11,304 nucleotides of DNA from Bacteriovoracaceae bacterium (GCA_049599895.1 JBMYPC010000100.1:1-11304); one strand, 5' to 3'; positions 1 through 6,851 are shown, numbered from the stretch's first letter. Translations and numbers: made by a program. The notes: generated from the letters alone by a model not told the origin.

Positions 1-55
1 CAAAAGCCTGGGATCTCTCATAACGCATGAACTGAAAGTGTCTGGCACCTTAGCA
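1..55. repeat. Left copy of a perfect 55-bp inverted repeat shared with the right end of the window
   Basis: 1-55 is the exact reverse complement of 11250-11304, and the match fails at base 56. It contains the imperfect palindrome aaagtg-tctgg-cacctt. Confidence 0.97.
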
Positions 56-85
56 TGGCACCTTAGCAGCACCTGCACCTTAGCA
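43..85. repeat. Stuttered tandem copies of the repeat terminus
   Basis: tggcaccttagca (43-55), tggcaccttagca (56-68), gcacct (69-74), gcaccttagca (75-85). Confidence 0.9.
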
Positions 86-93
86 AGAATGGC

Positions 94-423
94 TTAAATA
101 AAAAACTCAACCCCAGTCGAGAAATTCTGTTCATCAACATTTTCTGTTGTGACTTCATGATTTGAAAGATCAATAAGGCTTTCAAGTTCGTTAAGCTCAC
201 TCACCTTTGCACCCCATGAGTTAAGATCACTGCCTTTAATTAGCTGAGTAATAAGCTCTAAGATTTTCCCTTCATCACCAGCAAGAGTAAATTCCACTCG
301 GCTTGGGACATCTTTATCATTGGTGGCGCCTGCTTCAAGCCCTCTTTTTAAAGCCGCCTGAATTAATGTCTTTCGAAACATTACTCCCTGTACTTTTCCA
401 CGAACTTCAAATGACTGAACCAA
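94..423 (-). CDS. acyP: Acylphosphatase family protein
   Basis: 109 aa. N-terminal GKVQGVMFR matches the acylphosphatase GxVQGVxFR motif and a downstream Asn is present (GATN). TTG start preceded by SD AAGGAG. Confidence 0.8.
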   Translation of the reverse strand: MVQSFEVRGKVQGVMFRKTLIQAALKRGLEAGATNDKDVPSRVEFTLAGDEGKILELITQLIKGSDLNSWGAKVSELNELESLIDLSNHEVTTENVDEQNFSTGVEFFI

Positions 424-514
424 GATGCACTCCTTACAATAAACTTGAGAGTTTTATTTTAACTTAAAGACGATTTGGCCCCAAATCTGGGAGAAGATTT
501 CCTATTTGTGTTTT

Positions 515-1378
515 TCAGATTTTCTCAAGAAGCGAGAAATAAAATGGTCCCATATGAAACTTATCGGGAAGAATCTGATAACCCCACTCTGTTGGCTCAG
601 TTTGTTTAATGACTTCCTCAGGGGGACTTATCAGTTTAAACTCATCACCTTTTTTCTTAGAGAGCTTTTCAATCACTCCATCATTTTCAAAAGGAGAAAG
701 TGAACAAGTGGAATACAGAATTCTTCCCCCTTTTTTACAAGCGATAAGTGCTGAACAAAGAAGTCCATATTGTTTTTTTGAAAGATGTTTGGTTCGACTT
801 TCTTTCCACTCCGAAAGATATTCAGGCTTTTTTATAAGATGCTCTTCACTCGAGCATGGAGCATCTAATAAGATTCGATCAAAGTAATCAGGGTTATGAA
901 TTCCGATTTGAGCTCCATCAAAGTTTTTGACATAAAGCTTAGGGTGAAACTCTCCTTCATATTGAACAATAGTACGCTTTAATCTTTCTTTTCTTGGAGT
1001 TGAATACTCGTTGAGCCAGATCTCTCCTTCACTATCTGACAATCCATTGGGAAAGAGATCCTCCACTAAAATGAGAGACTTCCCTCCAGGAGCCGCGCAC
1101 ATATCAAGCACCGTCTCTCCCGGCTTTACCCCAAGGCATTTAGCGGCAATGATGGAAGCAAGATCCATATAATAGACTTCTTTCTGAGGTTCAGAATTTG
1201 AAAAGTAGGAATCTCTAAAATAAGGATTTTCAATAACTTCTCGATGCACTCTCGGAATCTTTTGAATATCCTCTGACAAAGAAGCTCTGAGTTTTGCCCA
1301 GCGATCTTGATAAATTTCAGCATAAAATGCATCAAATGCTGCTTCGCCCTTAAGTTTTTTCCCCATTACGGTTTTCAC
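515..1378 (-). CDS. RsmB/RsmF (NOL1/NOP2/Sun) family RNA cytosine-C5 methyltransferase
   Basis: SAM motif VLDMCAAPGGKS, motif IV ILLDAPCS, motif VI YSTCS with catalytic Cys. 287 aa, catalytic core only. Confidence 0.92.
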   Translation of the reverse strand: MKTVMGKKLKGEAAFDAFYAEIYQDRWAKLRASLSEDIQKIPRVHREVIENPYFRDSYFSNSEPQKEVYYMDLASIIAAKCLGVKPGETVLDMCAAPGGKSLILVEDLFPNGLSDSEGEIWLNEYSTPRKERLKRTIVQYEGEFHPKLYVKNFDGAQIGIHNPDYFDRILLDAPCSSEEHLIKKPEYLSEWKESRTKHLSKKQYGLLCSALIACKKGGRILYSTCSLSPFENDGVIEKLSKKKGDEFKLISPPEEVIKQTEPTEWGYQILPDKFHMGPFYFSLLEKI

Positions 1379-1431
1379 CCTTTCACTAGAGGTGGATAAC
1401 TTGCCTCTATATTAAAAACGACTGAGTGTTC

Positions 1432-1542
1432 AACTTCGTGAAGACCGGGCGCTAACGCTTGAAGAGATTCCCTGGTCATCAAAACTGCCCGCTGGACACT
1501 TTTGATGACCAGTGAAAGCCTGAAAACTCAACCGTTTTCAGT
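1432..1542. repeat. Structured dispersed repeat (REP/MITE-like), copy 1
   Basis: 1444-1542 aligns without gaps to 5244-5342 with 7 mismatches in 99 bp, and both copies have aacttcg just upstream. 13-bp stem 1472-1484/1500-1512 and 8-bp stem 1520-1527/1534-1541. Confidence 0.93.
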
Positions 1543-1555
1543 TATACTACCCTAA
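1520..1555 (+). promoter_or_regulatory. Putative sigma70 promoter giving a leaderless transcript
   Basis: CTGAAA (1520-1525), 17-bp spacer, TATACT (1543-1548), 6 nt, ATG at 1555. No SD before the ATG. Confidence 0.45.
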
Positions 1556-2366
1556 TGGACACCAACAGTAAGCGCCAATACATTATTAATCACTATAAAA
1601 AGATTGCAGATAGTCTCGGAGATAATCCTCGGGCCACGATGTTTGATCAAACCATTCGAGAAAAAGAGATCTCTTTTTTAAGAGCAGAGATTGAGCGCTT
1701 TATTGAAATCCATGAATACTCTCCAAGAATCTGTGACCTTGGCTGTGGAAATGGCACGACACTTCATTCCCTAAGTCTCGACTTTCCAGATCTTTCATTT
1801 ACAGGTCTCGATCAAAACGAAAAATTTATTGAAATCGCAAAGAAAAGAGAAATTCCAAACTCAGAGTTCTTAGTCGGAAATCTCAAAAACCTTGAAGGTT
1901 CTCTTCATGACAAATTTGATATCGTCATCACTGAAAGGGCCATCATCAATCTTGAGACGAGAGTATTTCAACGAAAAGCTTTTGAATCAATTTCAAATCT
2001 TATAAGTCCTGGTGGGACTTATCTTATGATTGAAAGTTTTAAAGAATCCTTTGATGAACTGAATCGAATGAGAAAACAGCTCAAACTTGGAAACCGAGAA
2101 GTTTCAAAACATAATCTTTATCTAGATCAAAAGTCCCTTGTTATTCTTAACGAGCTTGGCCTCTTTCAAGATAAAAAGGCCACGAGTCCTCAAGCTCTCT
2201 CTCATTACTTTTTTTTTGCTCAAGAGTCATTCATCCTCTTATCAGATCTAAAGGAAGCCGACTAACTGAAAGTGACTTTGTTCATTATCTTGAAAAATTA
2301 GAAGGCCCAGAACAATTCAATCTTTCCCCTATTCAGTTTTATAAATTTAATAAGGCCTCAGTGTGA
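1555..2366 (+). CDS. Class I SAM-dependent methyltransferase, frameshifted at a T9 tract (0-frame ORF ends at 2265, -1 frame ends at 2366)
   Basis: Motif I ICDLGCGNG, FDIVIT, and LISPGGTYLMIE. The -1 frame from 2217 reads CSRVIHPL...SPIQFYKFNKASV* with no internal stop. Confidence 0.85.
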
Positions 2367-2578
2367 GCACAACAGGCTTTCTTATTGGTTTTCTTCCTCT
2401 TATTGCTTTTGGAGAGATGGATAAATACGCCCCTCTCATGATTGAAGAAAACCAAATGTGGAAGTTAAAAGACCCTAGAATCCGCGAGACTCTTAAAAAT
2501 TTAAGCTTCACTATGCCTGTAGGCTTCATTCTTCATGGAGCGGCCACTCTCTACGCAGCGCTCAGACTCAATAAATAG
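2363..2578 (+). CDS. Small hypothetical protein, possibly membrane-associated
   Basis: 71 aa with hydrophobic N- and C-terminal segments. GTG start overlaps the TGA of the upstream -1 frame (GTGA), and a terminator-like hairpin follows. Confidence 0.55.
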   Translation: MSTTGFLIGFLPLIAFGEMDKYAPLMIEENQMWKLKDPRIRETLKNLSFTMPVGFILHGAATLYAALRLNK

Positions 2579-2591
2579 TGGTGGATTCTTT

Positions 2592-2617
2592 GCCGAGGAA
2601 TTGGCTTTTTCGTTTTT
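2592..2617 (+). terminator. Possible intrinsic terminator
   Basis: gccga-GGAA-ttggc stem (one G-U pair, GNRA loop) followed by tttttcgttttt. Confidence 0.4.
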
Positions 2618-2674
2618 ATGTTTCTATCATGGATCGTTGCTTTATTTCTTTTTTGACGCAGTGAGGAGGTCCAT

Positions 2675-4723
2675 ATGCAGCTTCAACATTACGCATGTGG
2701 TGAATGGGTAGATACACGAAAAGACATTGAACTAAGAGACGCATCCAATGGAGAGGTTATCGCCACCACTTCTTCAGAAAAGATAGACATCGAGGCGATG
2801 TTTCACTTTGGTAGAAAGACCGGTTCAAAAAATCTAAGGAAGTTAACCTTCCATGAGCGGGCAAGAATGCTTAAGGCCTTAGCTCTTTATCTCTTAGAGA
2901 AAAAAGAAAAATTCTATGAAATTTCTTATGCGACAGGTGCCACTAAAGTTGATAGTTGGATCGATATCGAAGGTGGTATTGGAAACCTTTTTGTTTATTC
3001 ATCAAAAGGAAGAAGAGAACTTCCCGACACTCCGTTTGTTCTCGATGGAAAACCTGAAGTTCTCTCAAGAGAAGGAACTTTTATAGGTCATCATCTCTAC
3101 GTTCCAAAGCCAGGTGTTGCTCTTCATATCAATGCCTTCAACTTCCCTGTTTGGGGAATGCTTGAAAAGATCGCCGTTAATTTGCTTGCAGGTGTACCAG
3201 CAATTGTAAAACCAGCTACTGCAACCTGTTTTTTAACTGAAGTTGTCTTTAAAGAAATCATCGCTTCAAACATTCTTCCAAAAGGTTCTTTACAGCTCAT
3301 CTGCGGCCCAGCAAGAAACCTTCTTGATTATGCTGACTCTCAAGATGTTATCACCTTTACTGGTTCAGCTAGTACAGGAATGAAGCTAAGATCTCATCCT
3401 CGAATTAATGAATACTCTATTCCTTTTAATATGGAAGCCGACTCTCTTAACTCTTGTATTCTGGGTCCAGATGTCACTCCAGGATCTGAAGATTTTAAAG
3501 TCTTTATTAAGGAAGTCGCCAAAGAAATGACCGTAAAAGCAGGCCAAAAATGTACGGCCATTCGAAGAATCATTGTTCCTCAAAATTCAATCGATGCGGT
3601 TCAAGAAGCTCTCATTGAAAGGCTCAGCAAAACAACTATAGGCGACCCTCGAACCGAAGGTGTTCGCATGGGGCCTCTTGTCAGTGTCGATCAAAGATCT
3701 GATGTTCTTCAAAAGATCAAAGAACTTAAAACAAGTTCTGAACTTCTTTATCAAGGTGAAAAAAATCAATACTTAAGTGATAAAGAAAAAGGCTGTTTTG
3801 TACCGCCAACTCTTCTTCACTGTAAAAACCCATTGAAAGATATGGAACCCCATAACGTTGAAGCTTTCGGACCAGTTTCGACAATTATGGCCTATAACGA
3901 CCTCGATCAGGCTTCAGAACTCGTTGCTCTTGGAAAAGGGAGTCTTGTTAGCTCTTTAATCTCATCAGATAAAAAAGTCATTCAAGAAGTCGTTCTTTCA
4001 AGTGCTGCCTACAATGGAAGATTCCTTGTACTGAATAAAGATTGTGCTAAAGAATCAACCGGTCACGGTTCTCCGATGCCTCAGCTTGTCCATGGTGGAC
4101 CAGGGAGAGCTGGTGGTGGTGAAGAGATGGGAGGACTTAGAGGTGTTTATCACTATATGCAAAGAACGGCGATCCAAGGACATCCAAGTTCTATCTCTGC
4201 GATTTCAAACGTCTATCACTATGGAGCAGAACAGACATCTGATGTCAGACATCCCTTCTCTAAATATTTTGATGAACTAGAAGTTGGAGAGACTCTTCTC
4301 ACTCAAAAAAGAACAATCACTGATAGTGATATTTCAAACTTTGCCAATCTCTCTTGGGATCATTTCTATGCTCATGTCGATGAGACATCACTTGAGGGCA
4401 CAATATTTGAGAAAAAAGTTGCTCATGGCTATTTTATCATCTCTGCGGCAGCTGGTCTTTTTGTCAAAGGAGATAAAGGTCCGGTTCTTGCCAACTACGG
4501 TCTTGATGAACTTCGTTTCACAAAACCTGTCTACGCAGGAAATACGATTCAGGTAAAGCTTACTGTTAAAGAAAAAATCGCTCAAGATCCCAGACCAGAT
4601 GAATCTCCCCGAGGAATTGTGAAATGGCTTGTCGATGTTATTGACGAATCAGGTGAAACAGTTGCCCTTGCGACTATTCTGACATTAGTTGCAAGGACTC
4701 CAGAAATCGATGAAAAGAAGTAA
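2675..4723 (+). CDS. paaZ: Bifunctional oxepin-CoA hydrolase / 3-oxo-5,6-dehydrosuberyl-CoA semialdehyde dehydrogenase (phenylacetate catabolism)
   Basis: 682 aa. ALDH domain (HINAFNFPVWG, FTGS, NMEADSLN, GQKCTAIRR, EAFGP, HGGPGRAGGGEE) fused to a MaoC hydratase domain (DHFYAH, VAHGYF). SD GAGGAGG. Confidence 0.96.
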   Translation: MQLQHYACGEWVDTRKDIELRDASNGEVIATTSSEKIDIEAMFHFGRKTGSKNLRKLTFHERARMLKALALYLLEKKEKFYEISYATGATKVDSWIDIEGGIGNLFVYSSKGRRELPDTPFVLDGKPEVLSREGTFIGHHLYVPKPGVALHINAFNFPVWGMLEKIAVNLLAGVPAIVKPATATCFLTEVVFKEIIASNILPKGSLQLICGPARNLLDYADSQDVITFTGSASTGMKLRSHPRINEYSIPFNMEADSLNSCILGPDVTPGSEDFKVFIKEVAKEMTVKAGQKCTAIRRIIVPQNSIDAVQEALIERLSKTTIGDPRTEGVRMGPLVSVDQRSDVLQKIKELKTSSELLYQGEKNQYLSDKEKGCFVPPTLLHCKNPLKDMEPHNVEAFGPVSTIMAYNDLDQASELVALGKGSLVSSLISSDKKVIQEVVLSSAAYNGRFLVLNKDCAKESTGHGSPMPQLVHGGPGRAGGGEEMGGLRGVYHYMQRTAIQGHPSSISAISNVYHYGAEQTSDVRHPFSKYFDELEVGETLLTQKRTITDSDISNFANLSWDHFYAHVDETSLEGTIFEKKVAHGYFIISAAAGLFVKGDKGPVLANYGLDELRFTKPVYAGNTIQVKLTVKEKIAQDPRPDESPRGIVKWLVDVIDESGETVALATILTLVARTPEIDEKK

Positions 4724-4788
4724 CTGTTAAAGGTTTTTTCTATCAAAGACTTTCTCGATCTCTTCATCGACCGTCAAGAATCGATTGC

Positions 4789-5181
4789 CTAAGATTCGTT
4801 GTCCTGAAGAAGACTATGCACTTTTTGAAGTAATAGATTGTGGTCAACTGGCTTAACAAAAGCCCCCACGACCTTTTTTCCATATTGAGTAAGAACAGAC
4901 TTATCAAGAAAACCAGAAACAATAATAACCGGTGAGTCGAGTTTATTTTGATCTAAAAGAACAAAAATACTCTCGAGAGTCTGCCCACCTTCACTTCCTT
5001 TTATATTAAGATCTGAAACGATCAGATCAAATTCTTGATTTTCAAGCTTCATAACCGTTTCGACTCGACTAGCCGCAACGACACATTTGTAGCCTTCATC
5101 TTCGATTCTGTTTTTTAGCATCATAGATTGATTCTGATCATCCTCAATCACAAGAACACATTTCCTACCATTCTTAAGCAA
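4789..5181 (-). CDS. Single-domain response regulator (CheY-like receiver)
   Basis: VIEDD acidic pocket, LIVSD phosphoacceptor, IVSG, KP. No output domain. SD GAGG before TTG. Confidence 0.9.
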   Translation of the reverse strand: MLKNGRKCVLVIEDDQNQSMMLKNRIEDEGYKCVVAASRVETVMKLENQEFDLIVSDLNIKGSEGGQTLESIFVLLDQNKLDSPVIIVSGFLDKSVLTQYGKKVVGAFVKPVDHNLLLQKVHSLLQDNES

Positions 5182-5195
5182 TTTAACCTCAATAT

Positions 5196-5225
5196 GTTAT
5201 ATAGTCGTACTGGTTTAAATTTCAA
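5196..5225 (-). promoter_or_regulatory. Putative sigma70 promoter of the 4789-5181 receiver gene
   Basis: Minus strand TTGAAA (5225-5220), then TATATA at 16 bp or TATAAC at 18 bp, just upstream of the SD. Confidence 0.4.
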
Positions 5226-5232
5226 GTAAGGG

Positions 5233-5342
5233 AACTTCGAAACACCGAGCGCTGACGCTTGAAGAGATTCCCAGGTCATCAAAACTGTCCGCTGGACACT
5301 TTTGCTGCCCAGTGAAAGCCTGAAAACTCAACTGTTTTCAGT
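5233..5342. repeat. Structured dispersed repeat, copy 2
   Basis: 92/99 identical to copy 1 over 5244-5342, in the same orientation. The outer stem has 3 substitutions, the inner tgtcc-gct-ggaca stem is perfect, and the second hairpin stem is intact. Confidence 0.93.
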
Positions 5343-5404
5343 ATATGCAAAAATTATAAGTTTAAATTGTGATTGCTGACAAGCTGGAAATTCAATTCAG
5401 AATA

Positions 5405-5473
5405 TATATAGTCGAAATGGTTTAAATTTCAAGTAAGGGAACTTCGAAACACCGGGCGCTGACGCTTGAAGAG
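5405..5473. repeat. 69-bp direct duplication of 5198-5266 (promoter-like segment plus left part of the dispersed repeat; partial copy 3)
   Basis: 66/69 identical to 5198-5266 at an offset of 207 bp. It stops at gaagag, before the hairpins. Confidence 0.92.
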
Positions 5474-5488
5474 TCCAAAAGACAACTT

Positions 5489-5881
5489 TTAAGAGGCCTC
5501 CTTTTCTGACCTTATCTCTTTTAAGCTCTGCTCAAAGTTGTCCAAGTTAAATGGTTTCTCAATAACTGAAACTTTCTCTCTGTCATTCAACTCCAATTTA
5601 AAGTTAACCTCCCCCGTCATTAAAAAAATATGTCCTTGATATTTAAGGCCCCTGAGATGATGAACTAAATCAGTTCCCTTTTTACTTCCCGGTAAATTCT
5701 CATCGACAACGATAACGTGATACTCATGAAACTTTTTGTCGCTGTGGTTCTTCATAAAGTGATCAACACTTTCAGACTCATCACATTCAAATTCACAGTC
5801 ATTGAGAAAAAAACTCAACGATGATCTTAAATCGTCTTCATCATCAATCACTAAGGCGCGCATGTGTTCTTCTAGCTTCAA
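5489..5881 (-). CDS. Single-domain response regulator (CheY-like receiver)
   Basis: VIDDE, IVVDENLPG (phosphoacceptor Asp), MTG, KPF. SD GGAG upstream of TTG; an internal ATG start is also possible. Confidence 0.9.
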   Translation of the reverse strand: MKLEEHMRALVIDDEDDLRSSLSFFLNDCEFECDESESVDHFMKNHSDKKFHEYHVIVVDENLPGSKKGTDLVHHLRGLKYQGHIFLMTGEVNFKLELNDREKVSVIEKPFNLDNFEQSLKEIRSEKEAS

Positions 5882-5946
5882 GTTGTATCACTCCGGTTAA
5901 TCAATTCAAAAAATCAATAAACCCTCTCATTAATCATTCAAAGACA

Positions 5947-5979
5947 TTATGACATAGAACCAAATGACATTACTGTCAT
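5947..5979 (-). CDS. Candidate micro-ORF MTVMSFGSMS
   Basis: SD AGGAGGAG (5994-5987), 7-nt spacer, ATG at 5979, TAA at 5949-5947. Confidence 0.3.
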   Translation of the reverse strand: MTVMSFGSMS

Positions 5980-6167
5980 CTTGAATCTCCTCCTAGAGGA
6001 AACCCCTGAATTTTAGGACCCTTAGGCTGCTAGTTTTTAGATTTATTAATTTTAGGACTGAACTCTCATTTTTCGGAGACCCCATTTTTGACGCTTTATT
6101 CGGCAACTATTTTAGGCAATCATAACTAAAATACTTAATCTTTCGAAATCAATATGTGTCAAAAGTT

Positions 6168-6851
6168 TTATCGATTTAAGGGTAATCGATGGCGAGTGTA
6201 TTCCTTAATGATCTTTCTTATTTTGGGGTCCCAAGCATAATCAATGGCCATGGCCTTTTCTTCATCAAGAATATAAGGATCCACTCCAAGCTCTAATAAT
6301 AGTTTTACTGATTCAAAATGCTCATTAAGAACCGCATAGTGAAGAACTGTTTGAAACTTCCAATCCTGAGCATCGATATCGACACCCCTCTCTTTGAGTT
6401 CTCGATAGATTTGAGTATGGTTGTGTAGAGCTGCCAGATGAAAGGCTGACTTTCGATACCAATCAATTTTATCTTCAACCTCAAGAGTGAAAACATACTG
6501 AGTGATAGGAAGATCACCTCTAAGGCTTGCAAGGTGTTTTACATCTCTTCGATTAAACTCTAAGGCCTTAACATCTGCCCCTCTTTCTACAATCAATTTA
6601 ATAGTTTCTAAGTTCGCCTTCGCGACCGCCCAATGGAGAATTGTATAAGAATCACCGCTTCGGCTTTCTAGGTTTGCACCACAGTTGATAAACTTATCAA
6701 TCGCTCCTCGATCACTTTTCACCACAGCATTTTTTAAATACATATCAAGTTTGTCTTGAGAAACACTCGGACATGCCAAGACTTCAAGGCTAAAGTGTAT
6801 TCCAAAAACAAGGAGACTTATTATCTTGACTGAATCAATCACATTTTTCAT
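6168..6851 (-). CDS. Ankyrin-repeat protein with predicted signal peptide
   Basis: Ankyrin motifs TILHWAV...LIVERGADV, SAFHLAA...RGVDID, TVLHYAV...LLLELGVDP. Hydrophobic N-terminus ending VLA-C. Confidence 0.88.
   Translation of the reverse strand: MKNVIDSVKIISLLVFGIHFSLEVLACPSVSQDKLDMYLKNAVVKSDRGAIDKFINCGANLESRSGDSYTILHWAVAKANLETIKLIVERGADVKALEFNRRDVKHLASLRGDLPITQYVFTLEVEDKIDWYRKSAFHLAALHNHTQIYRELKERGVDIDAQDWKFQTVLHYAVLNEHFESVKLLLELGVDPYILDEEKAMAIDYAWDPKIRKIIKEYTRHRLPLNR

Noticed and set aside
56..70. Sigma54 promoter (TGGCAC...GC, GG-N10-GC)
   Set aside because: The -12 element is CAGC rather than TTGC, it arises from the tandem stutter, and it points into the 3' end of a convergent gene.
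49..85. Nanopore barcode flank (CAGCACCT / CCTTAGCA)
   Set aside because: Only 8-mers match, the surrounding barcode layout (AAGGTTAA...) is absent, and internal duplication explains the words. Not fully excluded without reads.
472..500. Overlapping short hairpins gatttgg/ccaaatc and aaatct/agattt upstream of acyP
   Set aside because: Stems of 6-7 bp with no U tract are too weak to call a terminator or switch.
1391..1399. DnaA box (ttatccacc on the minus strand)
   Set aside because: Single one-mismatch site with no cluster of boxes or origin context.
5231..5342. c-di-GMP or other known riboswitch
   Set aside because: Only isolated short words (cgaaa, aaagcc) resemble GEMM motifs. The architecture does not match, and substitutions break stems without compensation. 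An Rfam scan was not possible here.
1432..5473. CRISPR array or integron attC sites
   Set aside because: No regular repeat-spacer period and no cas genes. RYYYAAC/GTTRRRY core sites are not conserved between copies, and flanking genes are not arranged as cassettes.
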